DNA of 62,371 nucleotides, filler included, from Basidiobolus ranarum (Eukaryota), in NCBI GenBank assembly GCA_040143965.1. It is 26 parts of 26 records of this genome, joined end to end, with 100 filler letters (N's around TTAATTAATTAA, not from the genome) between each part and the next. Parts side by side here need not be neighbours in the genome. Positions count along the whole stretch, not along the records: positions 33,710 to 36,009 come from JASJQH010003499.1; positions 36,110 to 38,408 come from JASJQH010003500.1; positions 38,509 to 40,807 come from JASJQH010003501.1; positions 40,908 to 43,205 come from JASJQH010003502.1; positions 43,306 to 45,602 come from JASJQH010003503.1; positions 45,703 to 47,999 come from JASJQH010003504.1; 20 more parts are not named here. One strand, given 5' to 3'. How positions within the stretch are numbered: the first letter of the stretch is position 1; each line of letters opens with the position of its first letter. A program made the translations under genes and the position numbers. This document shows, piece after piece, positions 33,710-47,999 of this stretch. Below the pieces are notes generated by a model. It worked only from the letters and a program-made list of their open reading frames with translations, was not told the DNA's origin and searched no databases.

Positions 33710-35840
33710 GATGGAGATATTGACACAAACTTGTGTTGGGTATGAAGAACTCTATAAAAATATTCAGGAGAATATATCAAAGAGACTAGGGATTTTGAAG
33801 GTGACCAATTAGCATTCAAGTGGTAATTGTGTAAAATTTGAGTTATGTTTTTTGCACATGTGTTGATCCATAGTTCTCTGAGATTTTAGCCAATCATGCG
33901 CATCTATTTTGTGAGATCTTGAAATTTCACTCCTGAAACTGAAAAAATTGATTAAAATCAAATCTAACTTGATGATTTTATGATGGTAAGTAAATGGAAA
34001 AGCCCAAATGGATTAAAATTGTGATGGTTTTCCTACAATAGCAATCCTCAAATTTCTGTTAGGGGTTGGAGAGCAATAAGTTTTATTTGCTGGTGCTTTT
34101 GCTTGTTGACAGGCACCAGGTGCTGGATAAACTTCCAAATTTAGCACTCTTCCAACTGGTGTATCTGGCTCCGTGGTGAAATTAAGCTTTTTTGCTAGTA
34201 TATCTGACTCTGGTAATACAGATCTTTGTAACAGTGGGAAAAGTTTGTTAGGTTGGACAGTAGAGCCTAAACTCACTGGCTCCTTTGTTTTCCCCTTTGG
34301 CTTAACAACTTCCTGCTGCGTACATACTTCTTTAGCTATGTTTTTTTCTTTTCAAAGTTCTTGATTGCATACATTTTTGAGATACTTTTTAAATCAGCTT
34401 ACACTAACCCAATAGCCCAATGCTTGCAAAGACCACTGTACAGGCCATGAAAAGCAATAATGCTGCAATATCACAATAAAGCAGCACTCTGAAGAAACTG
34501 CTGTATTATTGTAACTGAACTAACAATCTTCCAGCCATCTGGCAAATACCATACAATTATATGCTGCTCTGTAAAAAGTTCTTCCCAGATATCTGCATGT
34601 CAACACCAGACTGAAGGTCAAGTTGAATGTTCTTCTTCTGGGCCACTTTCTACATACTTGCATTCTGTTTTCCCCTATATACTTTTGAAAATACTCCTCA
34701 AGCACTCTACTATTTCTATACATCTTTGTAGTGTGACAGTACTAAGGGTACTTTGAAGTGTTTGTGCCACTTTTTGCTCACCTTTAAGTTTGGAGCTAGT
34801 TTCAACACTTTGAAAAGTATCAGTTCAGGTTGGAGAGCCATGCATTTTATTAGCTTGTGCTTTGGCCTATTGAAAGGCGCCAGATGTTGAATAAACTTTC
34901 AAATTTAGCACTCTTCCAACTGGTGCACTTGCTTGCATGGAAAAATTACTCATTTTTGCCAGTATATCTGATGATGTATCTTACTCTGGAAATACGGATC
35001 TTTGTAATTGTGTGAAGAATTTGGTTAGTGGCACAGTAGAGCCATTGGATTTACTAACCTCCTGCTCCTCGAGTATATCTGTAGCTGCTTTTCTTTCTTT
35101 TCCATTTTGATAATTGTGTGAATTTTTGAGATGTTTCATGAATAGCTCTATACTGGCCCAATTCCCATTTACTTGCAAAAACTCAATATAAGACCTATGA
35201 AAAAAGTCAAGAACCTTCTGAGTGATGCATGGCTTTTGATTTTTCACAATTGGCACAAATCAAGGTGATTTCAGGCAAGAATCCACACAGTTTTGAACTT
35301 GTTAAGCAGCACATGATCAGAGCAAGTGACAGCAGTTCTGACATTCAGAGTGTGTTGGCTTGCTGGTTCTCCTATGCAATTTACGGTTTCACATGTCCAA
35401 GCATTTTTGGATCATTGTGATGGATTAATGGTCCAATCCATTTTCTGCTCTGCTAGATTGCCACAATCACATTAACTTGTATGATGAGGGATTGATCAAA
35501 ATTCCAAATGAAGATGGATGGAGGGAGCCGCATGTTGCCGTAGCTCAAGTACAGCATTCTGAAAGTCTTGTATCTTTGTTGAATGACTCACTTGCTGATG
35601 AATACTTGCATCAGAATGATGCTTCAAATGCTATATTTTGGCATTATTGCTCCTTATGGCCTTTATAGCAGCTTCATAGTATTTACCTATGATTGCATAA
35701 TAATCAGGTAGGTGTTCTGGAATCCCTTGGTTGTAGTAACCCTGTCCTAATTGTCTATGAAGATGTGTTCAATAGTTGGCAAAGTAGCCATTTTGGAAGT
35801 TGATGTTCTTGATGGAGCTTCTGTTGAACTTTGCTCAACA
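33710..35840. mobile_element. Nested CMC pieces: left end (+, to 34064) inserted into minus-strand ORF X fragments (34065-35840)
   Basis: TTTCTGTTAGGG at 34064 abuts ORF X coding sequence. ORFs 34013..34276, 34520..34723 and 34981..35256 are ORF X homologs. Confidence 0.82.
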
Positions 35841-35864
35841 ATTAATTTTGGGTATTATAGTCTC

Positions 35865-36009
35865 TTTACTTGCACTATGCATGGGGCTTATATAGATATT
35901 GCAAGGTGAAACATATTATACTGAATAGGGAGTATACTGTGCAAGTTTGAGAGTTGAGGTGTTGGGGACTACAAGGACCAATACAGAGAGGGATGATGTA
36001 ATGATGATC
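35865..36009 (-). repeat. Unclassified dispersed repeat, possibly an LTR
   Basis: Reverse complement matches 50497-50605. That copy runs on to ...TTGTGACA at 50780, an LTR-like end. Confidence 0.5.
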
Positions 36010-36109
36010 NNNNNNNNNNNNNNNNNNNNNNNNNNNNNNNNNNNNNNNNNNNNTTAATTAATTAANNNNNNNNNNNNNNNNNNNNNNNNNNNNNNNNNNN
36101 NNNNNNNNN

Positions 36110-37824
<1,715 letters not shown>

Positions 37825-38508
37825 TTAATGTATTGTCAGAAATATCATTTATAATACACTATAATCCACTGTGATTCTATTTAGAACAGCAACATGTATC
37901 TTTCATGTAATTATTTCCCGTCCTACACTTCTATTTTGACATTTACATAAGTTTGTGCATTCTCATTTATTTTTTTGACTCATCATAGCTTTTGTTTATG
38001 GTTATATTATATTTGCTCTATTGGCCATTCTTAGTATACGGATGGCACAAGTAATCGTTGGCGATCAACATTGTTAGCGTTGATGAAAATAAATTTTGAA
38101 ATTATGTTTGAAGAATTTCTTTATAAAAGAGGCCATACATTTGTCATCTGTACAATGAGGTATATAAACAGTCAAATACACCCAAACAAGTAGATTGAGG
38201 AAGGTTAGGTGCAATGATAATTGTTACCTGGATTTGCATTTACAGGACAGGGTCGAATTCAACCACTTCAGGCAAGTAATCCATCAACTTCTCCCGCTTA
38301 GTTATTTTAATGGCCTTGCGAGACCAGCGTCTTCGTCTAGTTAGCCTAGTCGCTCCACTCTGTTTACTATATGAGTCAAACTTTCTTCCACTATACTCCC
38401 AGCCTTCANNNNNNNNNNNNNNNNNNNNNNNNNNNNNNNNNNNNNNNNNNNNTTAATTAATTAANNNNNNNNNNNNNNNNNNNNNNNNNNNNNNNNNNNN
38501 NNNNNNNN

Positions 38509-38725
38509 TCATAACAAACATGCCTGTTAAGCATGGGTGAAAATTTGAGGTGATTTGGAGAAGTTTTGAGAAAATAGTGAAAATTGGTAAAAGTGATCTA
38601 ATTGATATTTCTATCAATTGGAGCAATAAACACACGTTTTTGAATGACAGAATTGAGTACTAAATAATCAGAATATGAATAAACTAACTACTAAATAATG
38701 AGTTGCTATTTACCTAATTTCAACA
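38509..38725 (-). repeat. Partial family B LTR
   Basis: Reverse complement begins TGTTGAAATTAGGTAAATAGCAACTC and matches 40295. Confidence 0.85.
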
Positions 38726-38860
38726 TATATGACTGGAGAGCCTGCTGGAGACTTTGGATGTTTGATAAATCCTTTCTCCAAATTTTCCTTGATATACTCC
38801 TTCAGAATGCTTGGCTCTGGCTGAGTCAACCCATTGAAAGGTCTAAATGGTGGTTGTATT

Positions 38861-40294
38861 TGTTAAAATTAGATAAATGGCAACTCAGTATTTAGCAGTT
38901 AGTCTATTCATATTCTGATTATTTAGTGCTCAATTCGTCCATTCCAAAATGTGTGTTTATTGCCCTATATGATGGAAATATCAATTAGATCACTTTTGCC
39001 AATTTTCACTATTTTCTTAGAGTTTCTCAAAACCACCTCAAATTTTCACTCATGCTTGACAGGCATTTTTGCTAAGATCCAAGCATATCTAATAGTCTGA
39101 TATCATAGTAAGCTATAAATAGGACATATTCAATTCTACAAAACTCAAGTGTCTAATTCTGAAATCCATATCTTTTCCAACTCACTTCCAAATCCACTCA
39201 ACACTTTTATCAGGTTATGAGCCCCAAGCTAGCTGTTGAAGGAATGTCTACCAGTACTATCCCAACCTTTTTGCATCTATAGAGAAGTTTGATAGTCAAG
39301 ACTTTCACCTTTAGAAGTCCAAGATGTAAATGGTGCTAGAAGACAAGGACCTTTGGGGATTTGTTACTGCAGAAGTAATATAGCTAGAGGGACCCCTAGA
39401 AGCTATCCTTGCCTTCAAAAAGAAGAAGAGGAAAGCACTCTCTACACTTTGTCTATATCATAGAGATTCTCAATTGAGGCACATACATTCAGCCAAAAAT
39501 GTTCAAACTGCTTGGTATACACTTGATGGACTATATAAGACTGAAAGTTTGGCTAATATGCTATATCATAGGTGAAAGTTGCTCTCAATTTGCAAGCTTT
39601 GTGTTGATTTTATGGCTATTCATATAAATTGGATAAAGAATATGGCCAATGAGCTCTCATCCGGTTGAGCATCTCTAAATGGAGATTTCTTAGTCATGAA
39701 ACTACTTGGGAGCATGCCAGACATATTTGTGAACCTTATAATTGCCCTAGAATGAAGATCAGAGCCATTGACAATGCAATATGTTGGTGCTTGGCTTTAG
39801 AATGAGTAATTAAGGAGATCTAATTCTTAGCAAAATAATGTAGATCACCATTTTTTGGAGCCAACAAACATCCGACAGGCTTCACAGGTGGTGCCTCTCA
39901 TATGAAATAAATTATCTGCAAGTATTACAGGAAACCAGGCTACTTTATCAAAAATTGCATAACAAGGATTTTTGCCAAATAAGCTCAAATCACAACAAGC
40001 AAATTCAATAAGCACTGATTGGGATCATTCATCTGTGTCTGTTCTATCTGTAACTACTAAGGAAAACTTGGATATGTGGTACATTAACTCAGGAGCCTCT
40101 CAGCATATGTCTAATAAGAAAGATTGGTTATTTAGCTTAAAACCCATCTAATCAAGAAAAGTCCACTTATGTAATGACTTTGCACTGGATATTGTTGGTA
40201 AGGGCATAGTTGTGTGCAATTAAGACCAAAATTCATCTATAGCATCTGCAAAATTTTTATGAGGTACTCTATCTTTCCAATTTTGCCAATAATC
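38861..40294 (+). mobile_element. Copia family B: 5' LTR (38861-39212), PBS, gag and protease (degenerate)
   Basis: LTR ends TTTATCA, then GGTTATGAGCCCC. Fragments include VLEDKDLWGFV, a zinc-knuckle remnant and WYINSGASQHM (copia protease). Confidence 0.9.
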
Positions 40295-40807
40295 TGTTGA
40301 AATTAGGTAACTAGCAACTCATCATTTAGTAGTGGGTTTATTTGAATTCTAATTATTTGGTACTGAATTATGTCATTCAAAAACATGTGTTTATTGCTCT
40401 AATTGATACAAATAGTAATTTGATCACTTGTACCAATTTTCACTGTTTTCTCAAATCTTCTCCAAATCACCTCATATTTTCACCCATGCTTAACAGGCAT
40501 GTTTTTTATGATCTAAGCACATCCTAAAAGTCCTACTTCATAGCAAAATATAAATAGGACATATTGAATTCTGTGAAATTTGAGGTTCTAATTCTCAAAT
40601 CCCAATCTTGTCCAAAATACTTGCAAATCCCCTGAACACTTTTATCAGGTTATGAGCCCCAACCAAGCCATTAAAGAAATGTCAACCAGTATTATTACTA
40701 TTGTTTTTGCCTTCCCCGAGAAGCTTGATCGTGAAGACTTTCACCTTTGGAAGTTCAAGATGCAAGTGGTGCTAGAAGACAAGGACCTTTGGGGATTTGT
40801 TACAGCA
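40295..40807 (+). mobile_element. Second copia B element nested in the first: LTR (40295-40647), PBS and gag start
   Basis: TGTTGAAATT...TTTATCA, PBS at 40648-40660, then EKLDREDFHLWKFKMQVVLEDKDLWGFV. Confidence 0.92.
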
Positions 40808-40907
40808 NNNNNNNNNNNNNNNNNNNNNNNNNNNNNNNNNNNNNNNNNNNNTTAATTAATTAANNNNNNNNNNNNNNNNNNNNNNNNNNNNNNNNNNNNN
40901 NNNNNNN

Positions 40908-41022
40908 TGTCCGATCAAGTGTTATAAGACCCAGCCATGGTAGTTGACAGATTGCGCCTGATGGTGTACTAGCAGGCTGGATCGAGCAGCATGATCTGAT
41001 CTGGACCAATGGAACAAGTCTA
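40908..41022 (+). mobile_element. Opposite end of the GACTTGTTCCA TIR element, inserted in copia B gag
   Basis: CpG-retaining sequence ending TGGAACAAGTC-TA, directly abutting gag sequence. Confidence 0.6.
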
Positions 41023-41660
41023 TTTTGGACATTTTTGGCCGATGGTATGTGCCTCAATTGATTGTCACTGAGATGTAGCCAAAGTGTAGAGAGTGCTTTC
41101 CTATACTTCATGTCAAAGGCAAGGATAGCTTCTGGTGGTCCCTTTGGCACTATTTCTTCTCCAGTAACAAATCCCAAAGGCTTTTATCTTTTGGCACCAT
41201 TGGTCTCTTGAACTTTCAAAGATGAAAGTCTTCACCGTTGATATTCTCTGTGGATGTTAAAACTTTGGTAATTGAAATCGCTTTAACAGCTAGCTTGGGG
41301 TTCAAAACCTGATAAAAGTGTTTAGGGGATTTAGGAGTGTTGGGCAAGACTTGAATTTGTGAATTAGATACTTGGATTTATTTCTAATTGAATGCATCCC
41401 ATTTACAGTTTACTATGAAATAGAACTAATGTGATGTGCTTAAATAATAACAAATGTGCCCATTAAGCATGGGTGAAAATTTATGGTGAATTGGAAAAGA
41501 TTTGAGAAAATAGTGAAAATTGGTAACAGTGATTGAATTGATATTTCTATTCACTCAAATAATAAGCACATGTTTTTGAATGACAGAGTTGCATATGAAA
41601 TATTCAGAAAATGATTAAACCAACTACTAAATAATGAGTTTCTATTTACCTAATTCAACA
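41023..41660 (-). mobile_element. Copia family B: LTR (41310-41660), degenerate PBS and gag start
   Basis: Reverse complement matches 38861-39505. Confidence 0.88.
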
Positions 41661-41674
41661 GAAGTGACGAGATT

Positions 41675-43205
41675 GTAATGCCCTATTACATAGTAAATCA
41701 ATAGTTGAGCAAAGTTTAACCAAAAAACCGTCAAGACCATCAACCCCCAAAATGGCTACTTTACACACTATTTAGCCACCCTCCATAGAAAATTTGGATA
41801 GAATTATTGCAACAAGGATATTGCATGCAGAACACCATGATGATATGTATGCATTCATGAGTAAAATTTACAAAGTTGCTGTAGAGGCCATGAAAAGCTA
41901 TAACACCACAATATTGCACTGAAAGCATGAAAGTAGAAATCTCCTATGCAAACTGGTAAACCAAAAGACTCTGAATGTCAGAGCAGCCAACACTTGCTCT
42001 AAAGATGAGAGGTTTAACATTTTGGCAACTGTGCAGAATCTTGTCCAAAATTAGCTAGATTTGAGCCAAGTGTGGAAAGCCTAAAACCAGGTGTTACCCT
42101 CAAGGTTCTTGACTGATTTCATGTTGCTTATCCTGGGTTTTTGCAGGCAAATGGCAATTGGGCTAGTATGGGCCTATTCATGAAACATCTCAAAAATGTA
42201 TGCCAATATCAGCTTTGAAAACAAAGAAAAAGAGCTAAAGAAATACTCAGTTGGCAGGAAGTTAGTAAACTTAAGGAAGAGCAAATGAGCCAGTGAGCTT
42301 AGGCTATGTTGTTGAACTTACTAAATTCCTCAAACCATTACAAATATCTGAATTTACAGAGTCAAATATACAGGCAAAAAAGCTTAATTTCACAATGCCA
42401 CTAGGTACACCAGTTTAAAGAATGCTAAGTTTGGAAGTTTATCCAACACCTGGCATCTCTCAACAAGCCAAAACATTAGCAAATAAAACCCAAGGCTCTC
42501 CAACCTCAACTGGTACTATTCAAAGTGTTGAATTTAGGCCCAAAGTTAGAGCCCTGACAAACATAAAATCATTTGATCCAGATCAGATCCACCCTTCTAA
42601 ATCACAAAGCCATCAGAAAACCATCACAATTTTTGTGGCTTGCATTCTGCCAGGAATTCTGATGGTGTGACAGTGGTTTCTTGATGGCATTATAATTGTA
42701 TTCATAGATGTTACAATATTGATACACATATTTGGCATGCTTTACTAATATCCAGCAATTATTGCAAAATGTAATTTTTGAATGGCAAATTACTGGGTTT
42801 GCTGCTATAGGAATTTGTATTAACATGCATGCCTTGATTTAAATATTTCAGGCTTTGTATTCCAGCCTTAATGAGAATCAAAAAATACAAGAATCTTGTT
42901 GTGTTTGGTCTCTACATATGCATATACTAGACTGATGTATTGAATACTGTCATAGATTCAGTCTATCTTCTTTAAACCTGTAATAAAGTCTTTCATATCC
43001 AATGACAAAATCTTTGCACAGTCACTGTATATGCCTGAGATCTGCCAATGTGAGCTGATGCCATAAGAATATATTAACAATATCTACAAACAACTCCCAA
43101 AGTTGCCAATACTTAACAGGCAGAAATCCTTCAAGATTCCACTTAAATATATAAAAATCCAATACTTTCAGTCTTTGCATTTAAATAAACACCTAGATGA
43201 GTAGA
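41675..43205. mobile_element. CMC ORF X (+, 41675-42551) interrupted by a CMC right end and transposase C-terminus (-, 42552-43205)
   Basis: CCCTGACAAACATAAAATC at 42552 is the right TIR. 42940-43205 is the reverse complement of 32040-32300. Confidence 0.85.
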
Positions 43206-44549
43206 NNNNNNNNNNNNNNNNNNNNNNNNNNNNNNNNNNNNNNNNNNNNTTAATTAATTAANNNNNNNNNNNNNNNNNNNNNNNNNNNNNNNNNNNNNNN
43301 NNNNNGGGGTTAGTGTCTTAGAATGGAGAGACTTCAGTGATAGTAACAAGGTACCTGCCCTGATAGATATGTGAAGAGTTTCGGTCTGGATCAAAACGTG
43401 CCATAAGAGATGGGGATCACAATTGGAGAGGGTGTAAAGGCAGCAACAAAGACAACGAGGACTTATATGCAAGTGGAAAGTACTGGGTATATTGATTCAC
43501 TTCATTGCTAGAGTCAGCCACATCACTATACTAAGTGTGATCATAGTCCTGATGAATATTCCAGTAAACCTACTGTAATTCAAGAGATTGGCTCAAGTTA
43601 AGGCATCAGCATTGAAGTCAATTCAGACCCATGTATAATTACCCCCGATAACATAGAATGTGCTAATGACCTCGGATTATCTAGCTTGGTATGAGATTCA
43701 TTCAATACCTAGATTGAATACATTTTGGTCTTGTCCAAAGTCTAAGGGATAGCTGCATTGGTGAAGACGATGGTAACCAGTGCGGACATAGCTCTCTGTT
43801 TGTATCAGGAGACAGTTACTCTTGAGGTGTATTTCTCTCTGTACAGGAATAATCCACACAATATCTTCGTAACATTTTGTATCCAACAATCGTATCCTCC
43901 CTTAATTCTTATAATGCAAGATCATTGCTCTGAAGCCAGGATGAGTAAAAGCCCCAATCCATACTGTGTGGACGCCAACTGAAAATGAGGGTCACGTGAC
44001 ACGAGGATAGTCATTCAAATCGTAGATTTATGGATACAAAAGGGCATTGCATAAATGAAATTTCAATCACAAATTGGGATATAATTCGGTTGGTAGCGTG
44101 ATAGGTGGATCTTAATTAAGCCTCAACGATAATAGGCTGTGAATAAGATCCAGACAATGGGTTGACTGTAACTAACCTGACAATTAGCCATAAAGTTTCC
44201 CGCAATGAGAGCCACGTATGAGTATGGACTCTAAGCCAGTGATGCGAATTCTGGCCTGGAAATCTCCATAGATGTGACTAGTAGTTACAACATTATGAAA
44301 CATGAGAGATCAACGTAATCTGGTTGGCATACGTGAACCATTGGAATATTATTCTCCCTCAAACAAATTATTCAAGTTAAAAATAGATCCGAGGTTAGTG
44401 GCTCGTACTACCATTGGTAGTTTTTAGCATTGTCATCTATTCTCATTAATTAGCCTAGTAGGTGTTGGACAATAAGCATTCATCACTATATAAATCCTCA
44501 ACTTGGTCAGGACTGGTTCATTCATATTCTCTTTACAACCAACACAACA

Positions 44550-45065
44550 ATGAAGGCTCAACTCGTACTCTTATCTGTGTTATTGGCATGTGTAGCTAAG
44601 CCTTCTTGGGCTCAAGGTAGGAACTTTACATTCACTGTGTTCACTTGTAAGTTCTAATTCAGCTGACATTGATTATAAGTCCAAACCAACTCTTCACAGC
44701 CTCCAGCTCAATCTCCAAGTAGTACTGATGGAAGCAGCAATGCCCTCTCACAAGCATCGGCAACATCACAGCCAACACAAGGAGGTAGCAATGGAAGTAA
44801 TCCTCAAACCTCACAAAACACAAGTAGTGGGATTAGTACGATTAGTACAGGAGCAGGACAAAATCAAACCCAAACGAGTACCCAACCTCAAAATACTCAA
44901 GGTTCCGCTGCAACGTTAGCGCCTACCGATTATCCAACACCATCAACTCATGCAACCGCATATTTCCCCAATGTCCACATAAATCCTAGTCAAGGAAATA
45001 CCTTAAAGATCCTAGAATTAGGCGGAATTACTTTAATTTTGAGCATCGTTCTTGGGATAAACTGA
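44550..45065 (+). CDS. Ser/Thr/Gln-rich secreted, probably GPI-anchored cell-surface protein (150 aa, 2 exons)
   Basis: TATATAAA at 44487. Exon 1 44550-44616 (MKAQLVLLSVLLACVAKPSWAQ), intron 44617-44679 (GTAGGA..GCTGAC..AAG), exon 2 44680-45065. Ends in the hydrophobic tail ILELGGITLILSIVLGIN*. Absent from the ORF track. Confidence 0.85.
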
Positions 45066-47451
45066 ACTATCCCGCATCGCATACATAGGAAACCAAATAA
45101 AATCTTGCATATTCAAGACATTCCTTAGATGATGTTCCATTTTTCAGTGAGATTGGCTATTGACAATGACAATATGGAGATTGGTTTCCCTTCATGGTAA
45201 TGGACTTTTCAGTACGTGATAAACTTGAGACCGATCCTTTTACACGCATACCATCTTTAAGAGGTATGTTTCTTAGTGGAAAGATACCTGTTTCTGGCCT
45301 CAGTTATCATTATCCGAGACTATTTATTTCGTGTTTGAGTTGGATGTATGACGGAGCACTATTCTTGTGTTGTTTTAGATAATTCAGGGAGTGTTAACAA
45401 ACTCGTGACGTTTAATAAGCCACTTGGAAATTCGCCAGATCAATTTAGAGTTCTGCTCCAGGCTTGATTGTGTAACCAAATTGACAGTTTCAATCTGGTG
45501 GTGCGATGGGACATATGTGGTGGAGCGTTCTTTTTTTAGATGAAGTTACACGCACCTTTTAAATATAGGGTCGAAAGAGTTGCTGATTCTCGCCTGGTGG
45601 TGNNNNNNNNNNNNNNNNNNNNNNNNNNNNNNNNNNNNNNNNNNNNTTAATTAATTAANNNNNNNNNNNNNNNNNNNNNNNNNNNNNNNNNNNNNNNNNN
45701 NNAAAAATGGTGGAATGGTTTCTTTCCCGAGATGGAATATTTAGATTCTATTCAATTATCCGTCACCGATACTCCCTTAATATTATAAACATCTATGCTA
45801 CTATGTAAATTTTAATCCTCCATAACGTGGTAAATAAAAGGATTCGATACCCTTCATATTGCATTAAAGTATATATCTTGTTAACCTTGAATATTTTTTA
45901 AATTACGAATAGTATATTCTTACATAATCAATCATTTGAGCTGATACTTTCTAATTAGGACAAAACTGACATTACACATTTATCCCTCGCAACTGACGAA
46001 AACGACATGGCTTAAACATCTAGTCATATAGTTAGCTACCTAAATTTCACTACGTTATTATCAGATATCTTCGCTCGGAATTTACTTGGAATATTTTTAC
46101 CAATGTTGAAGTTCTCAGATTATGCAAACTTTGCACACATGTTCCTGAGATCTTTCTTAACACATTCCATATTCAAATAATCTAATTCTTGACAAAAGTA
46201 CAAATGTCAGCCTTACACTCAATAAGTGAAAAAACTGTTGATTCTTCTAGTTCTCCAAGTCAGTTCCAACAACTCTCAAAACACTTTAACAGTAACATAT
46301 AAGAATTATATCAAATGACTTCCCAACTTTTATTTCAATGTTTGCTTCAACTACCCAAAGCTTTTGAAGAGAATTTCCAACAATATTTTAATATGAAACC
46401 TCTTTTAACATAGCTCCTTTATGCAATATATACAAATGAGAGTAAAGGGCAAGTAACCTATACATCATTTGGAATTCGCAGTCATATCTGGTTGCAAAAT
46501 TGACAACGGAAATCTTTTTAATTCCAAATTCTATTTAACTCCACAATCTTCGGAGTTGATTCTGACAGCTTCAGAGATGGCAGCTATGTTTTTCGCATTC
46601 GACCTGACCCTGATAAGACTTATGAAGTCTATACAGAAGGGAAGGCTCGGATCAGTATGGATAATTACTTTTAGGTGTTGTAAACGGACTCGAGAAAAAT
46701 CCAAACTTTAGCTATATGATTATGAGCCTATTGATGCTGATATTGAGGGTCTTCTTTGAAAATAAGGGATTTTTAGTGACGATAAAGAACTCGTTTTATG
46801 GTGGTCAAATATCTTTTGTACATCCATGAATACTATCACAAACAAGGACATTTCGTAGACAAGGCTTATGAATACTTTTCTGTTGATGAAAGTCACAAGT
46901 CTATTATACGTATTTGGGTTCTTGTGGAGATAGGTGGTCCAATTTTGTGTTCTTTTTCAACCATGGCTAGGCTCTGTTGCATGTACTAGAGTTAGAGTCA
47001 TTTCTTTCTACAATTAGTATACATGCGTAACAATATAAGTATTTACTGATGCAAGTCATGCACAACTAAATTGTATTTTAAACTTTTCTTGGGAAATAAG
47101 TAGGATATTCATTGTACGCGTCGCGGTTGAATAGAAGAATTTATATAAATCCTCCACCCAACCATAGTCCGTTATCTGGACTATCTTTTTGTTACCAAAT
47201 GTAAGCCAGCTAATTGGCTGCATTGACGTTCGATACTTTTATCGGAGTAAACGTAAGGCATTGAAGTCTCAATTTGGAGTTAGTCGCAAAATCAAAGAGT
47301 TCTGATTTGATGGGACCAAACCACCAAATTGTCAAATCTACACTTTACAATGTTAAGATCAGTACTTCACCTATAAATTGATTCATGTATCGGAAAATAA
47401 AAGAATTTTAATATCTGGACTTTTATTTCGCAGTACTAAGATTTCCATCAG

Positions 47452-47917
47452 ATGCGTAGAGAAAATTGTAATTTCAAATCTGTACTAACATTTTGTGTTC
47501 TTTTTCCATTGGTGTATTTGACACTACTTTTTGCTTTTGGTCAGAAAGCCGTGTTCTATGCTATAGATAGCACATCAAGGAATTATACTACCACTACCCT
47601 TGTTTCTGCATATTTTCCCCTCACAGCGTCTAAACATTCATCTGACGAATACAAAAAATGGCTTTCCAATTTTCTTTCCAATGTTAATACTCCTATGGTA
47701 ATATACACCACACCCCAATTTGCTCCAACTATTCAAGAACTTCGAGGGGATTTCCCAACCATAATTCGTACTCAATACGAAAGCCCTTTCAACGTAACTC
47801 CTTTACAGGGGTTGGAAGAGATATACAATGGAAAACAACACGACCTTGACCGAGAAAAGGCCTATCATAATGGTAACTTATACGCCATTTGGAATTCAAA
47901 AGCTTTTCTTGTTGCAG
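47452..47917 (+). CDS. Type II membrane protein, putative glycosyltransferase-like (HtrL/YibB-like N-terminus); 3' end disrupted or truncated
   Basis: N-terminal TM helix, then TTLVSAYFPL..SKHSSDEYKKWLSNFL...TPMVIYT...DREKAYHNGNLYAIWNSKAF. The family assignment is from memory of the motif. Confidence 0.6.
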
Positions 47918-47999
47918 GTATTTGTAGATGACATTGGCATAAAAGGATCACCTATCAAAGACACAACTGAAGTACTCCCAGGAGTAAGAAGATTTGTAT
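47912..47999 (+). mobile_element. Ty3/gypsy RT core fragment
   Basis: VFVDDIGIKGSPIKDTTEVLPGVRRFV resembles the FxDDxxIKG...PGIRRFV motif of fungal gypsy RTs. Confidence 0.65.
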
